A DNA stretch of 64,000 nt. It comes from a virus (lineage: Duplodnaviria; Caudoviricetes). How positions within the stretch are numbered: the first letter of the stretch is position 1; the number at the start of each line of letters is the position of its first letter. Positions 44,688 through 55,343 of the stretch are shown here, piece after piece. The notes beneath the pieces are model-generated. The model saw only the letters and a program-made list of their open reading frames with translations. It was not told the origin of the DNA and ran no database searches. Location of the stretch: IMG/VR virus record IMGVR_UViG_2645727545_000002, positions 1 to 64,000 of that record; one strand, 5' to 3'. The position numbers and the translations under genes were made by a program.

Positions 44688-45510
44688 ATTCTGTTTCTTC
44701 AGTCACTGTCGAATTATCACAAATTGTTACTACTGTATTTTCATTTGGGATGATGAATACTTCTTCATCACCTAGTTTCCAAAATGAAATTTGTTTACCT
44801 TTTCCGTGTAATAATTCACCATCCCATTCAAGAACATCTGTCGATAATTTAACTTCTCCAGGAAGAAGTGTAATCAATTTTGCTCTCTTTCCTATATAAT
44901 CAATATTCTCCACTATCTGTTCAATTTCCGGATAGATTTCACATACTTTTCTATATATGTCAGGCATAAGTCTTTTTAGTTGATCACAAAACTTTGGAAC
45001 ATATTCTTTCTGATAAGAAGAAATTACTCCACCCATGAGCGCATATGGTTTATATTTAATAAGCTCTACAATGAAGTCAGGTGTAAAATCATCTTTTTTA
45101 ATCATGTCATCATCTACAAAGAAATCACTATTTCGAATTGGATTATTATATCCATTAAGATGCGGTAATCCAAGAAAAACATAATCTCCAATTTCACATA
45201 CAAAATTTAATGATTTTAACGCATATTCAACATCTCCGTATTTTTCCTTATATTCACTTACTAAATATCCGCATTTACGTGCTGCTTTTGTAAAACCTTC
45301 TTTCTTTTCAATTGTGCCGTAAGGACAACTATGTCTCCAAATCCCATTCAGCATCACGCATTTCTTTTTCTTATATGCATTACAATTTTCGCAATTGCTA
45401 CACTTATAAACTGAAACACGTTCTCTGTCACTTTTCCCAGATTTAAAAATGCTGGTTCTCGGATCATAATATGCAAAGTTAATTGGCTTGTACTCTCCTA
45501 TAATAATCAC
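44677..45510 (-). CDS. Hypothetical phage protein with Cys cluster
   Basis: 277-aa ORF. Confidence 0.7.
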   Translation of the reverse strand: MIIIGEYKPINFAYYDPRTSIFKSGKSDRERVSVYKCSNCENCNAYKKKKCVMLNGIWRHSCPYGTIEKKEGFTKAARKCGYLVSEYKEKYGDVEYALKSLNFVCEIGDYVFLGLPHLNGYNNPIRNSDFFVDDDMIKKDDFTPDFIVELIKYKPYALMGGVISSYQKEYVPKFCDQLKRLMPDIYRKVCEIYPEIEQIVENIDYIGKRAKLITLLPGEVKLSTDVLEWDGELLHGKGKQISFWKLGDEEVFIIPNENTVVTICDNSTVTEETEFEE

Positions 45511-45674
45511 TCCCTATCTATATTTAATTTTCTCAATTTGGAAATCAATGCTTGACTAAACATGTAAAGATATGTAATATAATAAATGCATTGGATTCCA
45601 AATTATTCAATGTATTTGTGTTTATAGACACACATCGAAGTTTGGTCGCGGAGATGTGTGTCTTTTTTATTCAT

Positions 45675-46001
45675 TCATTTTTTATGTTTCATTATGTATC
45701 TTCTTCTGGTTGTTTCTCTCAATGCATGTCCACCATGTAATCTTCTGTAGTTATTTGTGATTCCATATAATGCCCAAAAGAGTTTCTTCCTATTTAAATA
45801 TGTAAGTTCACATGTAAAATGTGGTGTTTTAGAAATATCAAGCTTACCAGTAGGTTCCCGCTCATTAACATCCTTGCTTTCGCCCAATGTCGATACTTCT
45901 GCATTTTCTATATTTATCTTCTTTCCAGTTTTAAGATCTACAAAGCTTGCATTTTGAATTCCACGTATTTCAAAACCACTCATAAATTTATTCTCTTTCA
46001 T
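45675..46001 (-). CDS. Hypothetical phage protein
   Basis: 108-aa ORF. Confidence 0.55.
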   Translation of the reverse strand: MKENKFMSGFEIRGIQNASFVDLKTGKKINIENAEVSTLGESKDVNEREPTGKLDISKTPHFTCELTYLNRKKLFWALYGITNNYRRLHGGHALRETTRRRYIMKHKK

Positions 46002-46587
46002 TATTTAAAATTTCTTTCAATGTTACTGGTGTATAATTCCACAACATACACCCTACATTTTTTGCTACGCACTTAATTTCATATTCACTGTTTAGTTTTT
46101 TGATATACTCTTGATAATAATCTTCTTCTATAGAATTATGTACATGTCCATATAAGTGAACAGACCACACTTTATGCTCTTTTCCATTTCTTCTGTAATG
46201 ATGCTGATGATTCCAAAAAGCCAATGGAAAGTGAGACATTACGACATGATGCTCTTTTCCGTCAATCATATCTTTCGCTTCTTTATAATTTGCTATTTCT
46301 ACAAATAACTGTTTATATCTTTGATCTGTTGCTTTATCGTGATTGCCAAGAATTAGATGTTTATTACCACGCAATGTACTAACAAGTTTAATCGCATCTT
46401 CGTTTTCCTTCCATGCCAAATCTCCTAAAATATACACATGATCCGCATTTGTAACTTTTGAATTCCAATTTTCCTTAATCACTTTATGCATTTCTTCCAA
46501 TGTATCAAATGGTCTATTGTCAAAATTAGAACCTTCATTCGTCACATTCTTATGGAATAAATGTAAATCACTAATATAATAATTCAC
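45988..46587 (-). CDS. Calcineurin-like metallophosphoesterase
   Basis: SDLH, LGD, GNHD, HFP, GHVH. Confidence 0.92.
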   Translation of the reverse strand: MNYYISDLHLFHKNVTNEGSNFDNRPFDTLEEMHKVIKENWNSKVTNADHVYILGDLAWKENEDAIKLVSTLRGNKHLILGNHDKATDQRYKQLFVEIANYKEAKDMIDGKEHHVVMSHFPLAFWNHQHHYRRNGKEHKVWSVHLYGHVHNSIEEDYYQEYIKKLNSEYEIKCVAKNVGCMLWNYTPVTLKEILNNERE

Positions 46588-46597
46588 TTTTTCACCT

Positions 46598-46942
46598 CTA
46601 TTCTTCTTGAAATTTCAATGTTCTTCCAACAAACCGTTTTAGTCGTTCATTGATGTCTTCAGAAAAACATCTACTCTTAGATATTACATCATCATAAATA
46701 CAACATTCAGTAATTACATTTTCGTCGTCAAACTGAATGCATCCAATTGTTGATCTTGGCATACGAATCGCTATTGTATTATTGCACCAGCTTCTGCAGT
46801 CATATATGTAACATCTAAAATAATGATTAAACTTACCATAATTTTTCCTAATGTATTCATCCAGATATTCCGTAATTTCGCACCAGTATTCTACATCAAT
46901 TATATTCGGCTCTCTTTTACTTAAAACAATTACATTCATCAT
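46598..46942 (-). CDS. Hypothetical phage protein
   Basis: 114-aa ORF. Confidence 0.55.
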   Translation of the reverse strand: MMNVIVLSKREPNIIDVEYWCEITEYLDEYIRKNYGKFNHYFRCYIYDCRSWCNNTIAIRMPRSTIGCIQFDDENVITECCIYDDVISKSRCFSEDINERLKRFVGRTLKFQEE

Positions 46943-47365
46943 TCCATTTCCTCATTTGTAAATGTAATCAAGTAATCATTTTGCATACATCTCTTGCCAC
47001 AATTACAATGTTTATCTCATTATTATCTTTGCAATACAAGATTCTGCTATCTTTTCTGCAGATCTTAGCAGTTTTATCAATAACATATCTGATCACGTCG
47101 TCAACTCTTTCCTGAGACATATCCCAATTTCCTTCAAATATGGTTCCTGCCAACAATTTTGATACAATCCATAGCAACAATAGCTCCATTCAGCCATACA
47201 CGAATGCTTGTATTGCTTTAGTAATTTATGTAATGTATTTTTTGATAAATGCTTAAACTCATAGTCACGATTAAAATCCTTTGAATACTGATCTTTTGCA
47301 TGTAAAAGTAGTTTATACCTGTCTTTTTTCTTCATTATTTCTCCTTTTGAAATCACAGTTTCATA

Positions 47366-47848
47366 TTAAAAATATAATTTTGGAATATGTTTATATTCTT
47401 TAACAACATCTGCATATCCTAAATCAGATAACAATTTTAATAGTGTATTATCCGCATATTCATGATAATTTATTGATCTACATTCTTTTAATATCTCCAC
47501 ATATTTATCAGATAACCCCTGTACAAAAGTAGACTTTTTATTTTTACTAAAATGCTCTGTTTCATAATCAAAAATCCATTCCCCAATTTCGGTAATGTCA
47601 TTGTATGAATAAAATCCTAAATAGTCTGCGGCATATTGTAAATCAGACAACTCTTCTTCTGAATGAAGAATAATTTTTTCACAATTATTATATGTATCTT
47701 CATCCATTAGATCTGTCATTTTTTCTCCGTCTTTATTGTACGCTTCAATTGTTTGAAGATGTGGATGTTTCAACTCAAATTCATGATGTTCGCATTCATA
47801 CTCATCTTCAAACTGTTTTCCATCGTCTGCAATATATACTGTTCTCAT
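47366..47848 (-). CDS. Hypothetical phage protein
   Basis: YIADDGKQFEDEYEC N-terminal motif. Confidence 0.65.
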   Translation of the reverse strand: MRTVYIADDGKQFEDEYECEHHEFELKHPHLQTIEAYNKDGEKMTDLMDEDTYNNCEKIILHSEEELSDLQYAADYLGFYSYNDITEIGEWIFDYETEHFSKNKKSTFVQGLSDKYVEILKECRSINYHEYADNTLLKLLSDLGYADVVKEYKHIPKLYF

Positions 47849-47880
47849 ATTTAATCTACTCCATTATTTTATTTTTGTTA

Positions 47881-48636
47881 TCAACTTTTATCACTCTCGT
47901 GTTTAAAACTAAACGACGGCATCATTTGCAATTTAAACAAATTCTTTTCGTGCATCTGGTCAATTTTCTTCTTTAATTGTTTATCATCAATTAGACCTGT
48001 TCTGATATATTTATCGAGAACTTCATATGTAAATCCTAAATTATCTTCATCTGTTTTATCGCAAAGACCGTCTGATGGAATTTTCTCAATGAACTCTTTC
48101 GGAAGTCCAAGTGCATATCCGACTTCTTTAACTTCTGTAACAGTCAGATTAGACAATGGGCTGAAATCACCAACACTATCTCCCCATCTCGTACTATATC
48201 CAATCCAATCTTCAGATAAATTACATGTATTTGCAACTCTTCCATTTACAGTCTGAGACACGGCATACAATGTAGCCATTCTAACTCGCGCTGGTAGATT
48301 GATAGAAGACTGTTTGCTCCAGTGATCATTTAATTCGGGCTTCACTTCATGCTTAATATCACGCACTGCATTAAAAATATTTACTTCAATACTTTCAATT
48401 CCGAGATGACTAACAACTTTCTTCGCGACGTCAATATCCTTTTGTTCCCCGTTTGGCATAAGAACACCCAATACTCTTTCTTTTCCTAGAGCTTCAACGC
48501 AGAGTGCAGCAACAATCGTCGAATCCTTCCCTCCTGAAATACCAACAACTGCTTTACATCCACGACCATTCTCTTTAAAGAATTTTTGAATCCATTCAAT
48601 AATTGCAGTTTTAACTTCATTTGCATTAAAATTCAT
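47881..48636 (-). CDS. nadE: NH3-dependent NAD+ synthetase
   Basis: GISGGKDS, N..AR.RM, TCNLSE..GYST.WGD, PSDGL, DE; no glutaminase domain. Confidence 0.95.
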   Translation of the reverse strand: MNFNANEVKTAIIEWIQKFFKENGRGCKAVVGISGGKDSTIVAALCVEALGKERVLGVLMPNGEQKDIDVAKKVVSHLGIESIEVNIFNAVRDIKHEVKPELNDHWSKQSSINLPARVRMATLYAVSQTVNGRVANTCNLSEDWIGYSTRWGDSVGDFSPLSNLTVTEVKEVGYALGLPKEFIEKIPSDGLCDKTDEDNLGFTYEVLDKYIRTGLIDDKQLKKKIDQMHEKNLFKLQMMPSFSFKHESDKS

Positions 48637-48637
48637 T

Positions 48638-49155
48638 TCAATCTCGCCTCTCTTTCCCTAATCTCCATAATTCCACATCACAGTTTGAAAAAATTTCTTC
48701 AATCATTTTATAAACATCATCCCCAATTTGCGCCACCACGACAGCATCCAATTTTATATGGCATTGCAATTTTATTTCCATAATGACCATTCTTTAGGAA
48801 TGTCAAAATCTTCAATGATTGCATGCATTTCCTTAATGCATTAATATTTGTGTACTGTTTACCATCATATCCATAATTGTTTTGGGCGAACATGTTACAT
48901 ATAAATTGTTCGCTCTGAGGAATTATAATGCTACCAGTGTCATAACCATTCCATCTGCTATTAATAGGAACAACTTGAATTTTTCCAATCATTTCTTCTG
49001 AACATACTTTTATGTACTCATTATATACATTTGGATATTTCTTCTTAATCTGAAGTGCAACTCCTGATCCCATTTTTCTTTTGACAGTTTACCTGGTGCG
49101 CGATGATTCGAGCATCTGATTGGAACAAATCTCCATTGATAATTTTTATAGGCAT
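48638..49155 (-). CDS. Macrodomain protein (Poa1/DarG-like; frameshifted ends)
   Basis: GDLF..IAHQVNC..MGSGVA; AMPYKIGCCRGGANW. Confidence 0.88.
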
Positions 49156-50644
49156 TAAAATTCACCTCCATGTAGTCTGTCTCTGATTTCTTTTAACGAT
49201 TGTTCTTTTAATAACTCTCCGTCTTTAAATACCGGAATTAACATATTCACGCGTTTTTCATAATCAGCAGCCTGTTCCCATGTAAGCTCGTCCTCATAAT
49301 AAATGCTTCCATCGCATCGGTATATACTCTACAACATCCTTTCTGGGATTTCTTAAATCCTCCATCTTTTGGATTTTTAAAAATTGGGAATGGCTTGCCG
49401 TCAATTTCACAATATGTTGCTTTAATACATGAACTGAAAGTATCTCTTGTAAATGGTTTTAAAAATCCATCTTCTTCGATGCACTGAAATGAAAACGATC
49501 CAACGCCTAACGCCACATTTGAACATGCAAATCCGTTTTCCATGAGAATTTTGTAAATTTCTTCACATCTTTGTACTGTAATTGAATCACCATAAATTGC
49601 TTTTACATGTGGATCAAGCACTTTATACCCCTTGCTATTAACTGTTCCGCCGAATTCTTCCCATAATTTAAATACAGTTTTTGTTACAACTTCTACACAA
49701 TCTCCAGAATCTCCGCGCATTAACATGCATCCGTTATGATTCATAATTTCTGTTTTTAACTGAGGAAGAATATTATCGATGATATTCCAATAATCATAAG
49801 AGTCAAGAACTGCTGAAAAACTTGTGTTTGGATAGATTTCGGTAAGTAATCTTCTTAATAATGTAATCTCATCTCCATCGACTGCATAATTACTACACAT
49901 TACGGAATGCTCTGTACTAGGACTCCCATATGCAACAGATTCTTTTGTACAATCACAAAAATAATTCTTCTCAAGATAAGGAATAGTTGGAACGGTTGCC
50001 GTATTTAAAAATGATAAGCACCACCCAGCTCCTGCTTTTACCGCTGATTCTAAACACTCTTCTCCCCGGAAGTCAAATGCACCAAGGGCTTTTGATCTTG
50101 GAATATTATCTTCACAAGTTAAATCATAATAGTGATTAACAATTCCACGGTATGTCATTCCTACTGTTGCTGCCAACATTGGATGCCACATTTCTGCTGA
50201 GATAAGACTTTCTAAACTCTGAGGCAACCATGCAAAATCTTTATGTGTATTTGTAATACCAAACATAGGCACATGCATTGGAACAATTGTACCTTCTGGC
50301 AATGCAACAATCTCAATTGGCAAATATCCCAATTTATGTAGACTCTCAATCTTGTCAATTTTATACGCATCTTTCCCAAGTGATGCATCCATAATTCTTT
50401 TATATTCATAAATAATTTCTTCAAAAGGCTTATCAAAGAACTCTTCATTGAAATAATCAATCAGATACGTTTTAATAAACCCCTGTAATCCAAACATTAC
50501 TACTTTATCCCATCGTTTTACACGACTCATTCTAGGAGTAAAATAGGAAACTGATTTTGTAATATTTTTAGGCAGCATTTCTGCATGAACCGCTTTATAA
50601 AAGTCAATTAATAACATTGGACTTGTCTTATTCGTCATATTCAA
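49155..50644 (-). CDS. NAMPT/NadV-fold phosphoribosyltransferase (possibly Namat-like and nicotinate-preferring)
   Basis: DFYK, F..RG, EHS, DSYD, RGDSG, GD, RDT, FKNP, KKSQKG; FLNTATV in place of FKGTDTV; 3' frameshift. Confidence 0.9.
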
Positions 50645-51443
50645 ATACCTCTACTTTCTCATGTTCTTTTGTAAAAATACTATTTGTCGTGAACACTCTG
50701 TCTATCAATCCACTACTCAATACTTCTCCTTCGAGAATTGTATTTTCACAATGAGATACATATAGATAAATTTCTTTTGCACCAAGTTCTTTTAGCTTCT
50801 TTGAACTATGATAGAATGTACCACCACGACTTGAAATATCGTCTACAATTAAAATCTTTCTGTCTTTTATTAATTCTGTCATACCTGAAACATCTAACCC
50901 TTTAATTTCTCCTGTTTCCCAGTCACGCTTTTTAATGCCAAAAACATATGGAAGATCAAACATTGTAGAATAACGTTTCATAGCTCCTTCATCCGGAAAG
51001 AACATTGTAAGATTATTTGTGCCACCGATGTATTTGCTTTCGATTGCTTCCCACACATACTTGTCCGGATGCTTAATTACGATTTTATCAATAAGAGCTT
51101 CGCTTACAGATGAATGTGGATCTAATACTGTTACAGAATCAAAATTCAGCCAATTAATAACTTCTGCAAAATACTTTAATGTAAATACATCTTCTGTTGT
51201 TTTAACACGATCTTGACGACTGTTTGGAATATATGGCATATTCAAGTACAAATTTGTAATACCGTGAGAATTAAGATGTTTGACAATATAAATCAATGTC
51301 ACCAATTCTTCATTATCCTCAAACAACCAGGTAATAGTTGCTTCTCTGTAATTTTTAAAATCATAAGGAACATCCTCTTTGAGCAAGAGAGTTCCATCTG
51401 GAAACTTCTTTACATTTAATACCTCTCCATTAATTTTTATCAT
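50628..51443 (-). CDS. PRPP synthetase-like protein (Prs/Adps)
   Basis: FPDG, PYIPNSRQDR, DPHS, PDEGA, KKR, VDDISSRGGTF, SH. Confidence 0.9.
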   Translation of the reverse strand: MIKINGEVLNVKKFPDGTLLLKEDVPYDFKNYREATITWLFEDNEELVTLIYIVKHLNSHGITNLYLNMPYIPNSRQDRVKTTEDVFTLKYFAEVINWLNFDSVTVLDPHSSVSEALIDKIVIKHPDKYVWEAIESKYIGGTNNLTMFFPDEGAMKRYSTMFDLPYVFGIKKRDWETGEIKGLDVSGMTELIKDRKILIVDDISSRGGTFYHSSKKLKELGAKEIYLYVSHCENTILEGEVLSSGLIDRVFTTNSIFTKEHEKVEVFEYDE

Positions 51444-51974
51444 AAGAATTTTCTCCAATCACATTAATCTGGCAAGATTTCATTACTTCTAATGCAGCTC
51501 TATGCTTTTCAGGAGCGACACCAGCACAGCACGACGCATCAACTGTAATTTCCATTTCTGGCACCCATGCTTTAATTAACAGAGCATTCGACACTACACA
51601 AATATCAGTACATACACCAACAAGTTCAACGCTATCATAATCATTACTAGAAAAACCACCCTGGATACATTCTGCAAGGTAATTACTTCCAAATCTATCT
51701 TTATTAATTACGTGTTTTGCGTAAGATTTTAATTCATCTACAATTTCCCATCCATTTGTTCCAATAATACAATGCTCTACAGGCAATTTTTTACCTTCCT
51801 GTGTATCTAAATAATCGTCCCAATGTGTATCTTTTGTAAAGAAAACTGCGTCCCCATTTTTTAAATATTCCTCAACTTTACATTTCACATTCGGAACAAT
51901 CTCCAGGGCTTCTTTTGTTCCGAGACTTCCTGTAACAAAATCATTTTGCATATCTACTACAACTAAAACTTCAT
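51430..51974 (-). CDS. pncA: Nicotinamidase (isochorismatase family)
   Basis: VVDMQNDF, DTH, HC..GT.G, K, GVCTDICV; NAD-cluster context; 5' frameshift. Confidence 0.85.
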
Positions 51975-51979
51975 ATACA

Positions 51980-52261
51980 CTATTCTCCTTCTATTAATTC
52001 TAAACACTCTTTCAGAAAATTTCTCACTCTATCATGTCCATTTTCGCAATATATACCTGTATAACATACCGGCTTATTCCAGAACGCCATCCATGCTCTT
52101 TTAAATCTTCCAATAACTCCTTTAAAATCTCCACCACAATATGAATCCTCAAAAGAGATTTCAAAATCAGTTGAATTTTTCATTGTATACTTAGAAAATA
52201 CAACTGATTCTGCATTATCGTCACATCTAATTGTGACTGTTTTTACATTGTCTTTCTTCAT
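51980..52261 (-). CDS. Hypothetical phage protein
   Basis: 93-aa ORF at the head of the NAD operon. Confidence 0.6.
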   Translation of the reverse strand: MKKDNVKTVTIRCDDNAESVVFSKYTMKNSTDFEISFEDSYCGGDFKGVIGRFKRAWMAFWNKPVCYTGIYCENGHDRVRNFLKECLELIEGE

Positions 52262-52484
52262 ATATTAGTTCTCTCTTTCTACGTTTGAAATTCTGCTTTC
52301 ATTATTTAACTAAGTTATCAATATTTACAGAAAATCCATCAAACTTTCCTGTTAATAAATATTTCTTTGTATCAAAAACATTATTTTCTTTTCTGATAGC
52401 CCCATAGAAACACCATTATCTATCAATGATTTTCTCAATAAATCCAGAACAATTTGCAACTGCTCTTTTGTATCTTCTGACATG

Positions 52485-52940
52485 TTATTCCTTTCTCATA
52501 GGTTCTGGTAGTGGCTGCCATGCTACAACCTTTTCATACCCCAATTCATCATTTGTTTTAAACACCGTATCAACGAATCCTAAACTTGTCGAATCGTAAA
52601 TATCATGCCAAAATCCAAATCCATATTCACTATCATACTGGCAGAACATCGGCAAATCCTCTTCGTGATTTTCGACAATACACATATAGAATCTCATATC
52701 ATCATCTTCCGGCAATTTCTCGCTTACCGGAATCCAACCGTCATTTTTCTTCCCATCTTCATATCCTTGCATATAAAATTTTCTTCGGCTGCATTCTCTG
52801 CACTTCGGAACATCGCCCATATGAGAACGGATAATGTCTTTTGCCCAACCAACACTTACATAATCATCACACATTCCGAATGATTTAAACTCTATCGCAT
52901 GATCTTCAATCTCTTCCAAGATCTTCTCTAGTACGTTCAT
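52485..52940 (-). CDS. DUF551-like phage protein
   Basis: WIPVSEKLPE...VVAWQPLPEP. Confidence 0.8.
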   Translation of the reverse strand: MNVLEKILEEIEDHAIEFKSFGMCDDYVSVGWAKDIIRSHMGDVPKCRECSRRKFYMQGYEDGKKNDGWIPVSEKLPEDDDMRFYMCIVENHEEDLPMFCQYDSEYGFGFWHDIYDSTSLGFVDTVFKTNDELGYEKVVAWQPLPEPMRKE

Positions 52941-53128
52941 TCCACATTCTCCTTATCTGCATACTTCTCCACAATATCTACTGCACAAGTCAGCCCATAA
53001 AGATAGCTTTCCAGCTCTTCTGCTGTTTTGCTCGCTCCATGTCTTTTCTTTTCTTCCTTCAGTGTTTCGTAGGCGTCATTTTTCATGGATTCGATTTCTT
53101 CCACGATTTTCTCTAATGCGTTCATCAC
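52937..53128 (-). CDS. Hypothetical phage protein
   Basis: 63 aa; N-terminus similar to the next gene. Confidence 0.6.
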   Translation of the reverse strand: MMNALEKIVEEIESMKNDAYETLKEEKKRHGASKTAEELESYLYGLTCAVDIVEKYADKENVE

Positions 53129-53580
53129 TCCACCTCCAACAGCTCTGGATTGTCAAAAATGTTTCCGTTAACTTCCGTTCTATTTGGATTCCGATTATAT
53201 TTAAAAACATCGTTATTGGTGCATTTTTTATTTCCTCGTCCACATACTGCCCATGATCCCCTCCATTCGCTCCAAAACACAGCACCTGCACGATATTTTA
53301 TCTCTTCGCCATCTTTTAAAAACGGACTTCCATCATAGTCATAGCTATATCTAAGAATATCATTCTCCCAGATCTTCTTACCATTCTTGTCGGTAAGTCC
53401 TGTGTATTGGCAGAGGGTGTCAGGATCAATCAAGTCATTAAATATATTAGTTCCGTTACAAATCAGATGTTTTATCGGCTTGCCATCTTCTGTTAGTGGA
53501 TTGGTAATATATACGTACTGACCTTCTACCCATTCACCGTTATCTTTTCTCTTTGCTTTAAAAAGGATTTCTCTACTCAT
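53125..53580 (-). CDS. YopX-family protein
   Basis: REILFKAK, QYTGL.DKNGKKIWENDI, GNIFDNPELL. Confidence 0.92.
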   Translation of the reverse strand: MSREILFKAKRKDNGEWVEGQYVYITNPLTEDGKPIKHLICNGTNIFNDLIDPDTLCQYTGLTDKNGKKIWENDILRYSYDYDGSPFLKDGEEIKYRAGAVFWSEWRGSWAVCGRGNKKCTNNDVFKYNRNPNRTEVNGNIFDNPELLEVE

Positions 53581-53736
53581 CTTCCTTTCCTCTGTTCTGT
53601 CGCATCTGCTCTATGTAAATATTTGTGGCGCATCTTACAATCTCTGATTTCACTCCATCGTAAACAGTTCCTTGTATAAAATGTTTGTCACACGATCTTT
53701 TAATCATGTATAGGATATCTTCAAATGCCTGTTCTT

Positions 53737-53925
53737 TCATTCTTCCACTCTCCTATTCCACATTCCCCTAGCCGTAGCTTCTAAAGCACAATTTCGTGTT
53801 GCAACTCCGCATTCTTTGCAGTACACAAAAGTTGATATAACTTTTCCATCAAATCCGTAATTGATTTTCAGCATTGCTTCTCCACCACAAAATGGGCATT
53901 TCTTTAATTCTTCCATGTTACTCAC
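53737..53925 (-). CDS. Lar-family restriction alleviation protein
   Basis: LKKCPFCGG...C..CG...WNRR. Confidence 0.8.
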   Translation of the reverse strand: MSNMEELKKCPFCGGEAMLKINYGFDGKVISTFVYCKECGVATRNCALEATARGMWNRRVEE

Positions 53926-54259
53926 TCCAATCTAATCTCTGTCCACAATGATTGCAGCAATCAGAATCCCAATAACAAAACATTTCTATATCTGCCATAT
54001 TTCCAAACAGTCTTTTGCATCTAGGACACGACGCTTGTCCATTCCAGTTTTCTACTTTTTTCGGCAACTGCTTTTCCAGTGCTTTGATTGCTGTTTCATA
54101 CAACCCAATTGCCAAATCCAATGTTTCATTATGTACAGGATTGCAATATTCATCGTATTCTTTTTGTGCATCTAATGTGCGAATTTTTCTTTGCAGAAAC
54201 TCTATCGCTTCTTTAACTTTCTTTTCGTCCACTTTCTGCACCCTTTCTAACCCTAACAA
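53918..54259 (-). CDS. Zn-ribbon phage protein
   Basis: ALEKQLPKK..CPRC...C.HCGQRLDW. Confidence 0.7.
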   Translation of the reverse strand: MLGLERVQKVDEKKVKEAIEFLQRKIRTLDAQKEYDEYCNPVHNETLDLAIGLYETAIKALEKQLPKKVENWNGQASCPRCKRLFGNMADIEMFCYWDSDCCNHCGQRLDWSE

Positions 54260-54410
54260 CCTCTTTGTCTGTCTCTTTTACTACTCTTCCACTTGCACAT
54301 TTCACACATTTTATTCTCCAACCGCCATTGTGTCTTTCAAAGTGTCCAAATCCAGGTTCTATCCATTGACCACAACAATAACAACGCCCTGCATATTTAT
54401 TTCTTGCCAT
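54213..54410 (-). CDS. Small Zn-finger protein
   Basis: RNKYAGRCYCCG...C..C. Confidence 0.6.
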   Translation of the reverse strand: MARNKYAGRCYCCGQWIEPGFGHFERHNGGWRIKCVKCASGRVVKETDKEVVRVRKGAESGRKES

Positions 54411-54476
54411 CTTCCATCACCAAAATCCCTTCATCAATCAAATTATTTACTGTTTTCAACAAGTCTTCCTGTACTT

Positions 54477-54794
54477 TTAAATCATTTTCGTGCTCGATAT
54501 CTTCAGATCTAAAAACTTGTTAAATTTATAAGTACTCATTCCTCCCAAACAATTACAATAAACACGAATTCTACTATTGTAATATGGCTTATCATATATA
54601 CCTATCCAAAACTCGTTATCAGTGCCGTACTGTATATCTTTATCAGTCCCAACCGTTCCACTAATACACCATGCATTGATAACATTATTTCTCCAAAATA
54701 AAGGTTCCTTAATTTGGGACTCATCACCAACTTTGAGTTTTTTAATTTTCTTCATTGTTAAGTTGTATTTATTTTCTACTTTAGTTTTCCTCAT
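54477..54794 (-). CDS. Hypothetical phage protein (3' frameshift likely)
   Basis: 105-aa ORF. Confidence 0.55.
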   Translation of the reverse strand: MRKTKVENKYNLTMKKIKKLKVGDESQIKEPLFWRNNVINAWCISGTVGTDKDIQYGTDNEFWIGIYDKPYYNSRIRVYCNCLGGMSTYKFNKFLDLKISSTKMI

Positions 54795-54941
54795 TGCTTT
54801 TCCCTATTCGTAGGTTTCCCACCTAACAAATTTCCGTCTTCGTCTCTGTCATATTTCCATATCAAATAATCACACCAATTATCATTGTTAAAATCGCTCA
54901 TGTTGTAAAACGGATCTGGATTATCTATAACATATTCTTTT

Positions 54942-55343
54942 TCAAATTCCTTTAATTTTCACATTTACATCATCTACAATGATTCTTTTCGATAATCTAC
55001 AAATCCACTTCACAAATTCTTTAAAAGTTTCTTCAAACCATCTATCGCGCAATGCAGCGTCTACTACGAGGATATATTCATCTTGCATTTGTAACGATCC
55101 TCGTTTTCGACTTCTGTCTCCAAATCTATCTCTTAAGTTATTTGTTCTCTCAAGAAATTCGTCAGAAAAACTTGAACAATTATGTCCTCTTTTTTGAATC
55201 ACATATACTTCCATATCTCTTTCTGACCCTGTTACGACAGGAAGATGATCGAGTACGGTTTCAAGAATATATCTCTTTTCATGTTGTGTCCTACCTAGAG
55301 GAGAAACAACAATTGTTCCATGTACATATGTCCAACTGCTCAT
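54942..55343 (-). CDS. Hypothetical phage protein (3' frameshift likely)
   Basis: 133-aa ORF, RBS GAGG. Confidence 0.6.
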   Translation of the reverse strand: MSSWTYVHGTIVVSPLGRTQHEKRYILETVLDHLPVVTGSERDMEVYVIQKRGHNCSSFSDEFLERTNNLRDRFGDRSRKRGSLQMQDEYILVVDAALRDRWFEETFKEFVKWICRLSKRIIVDDVNVKIKGI

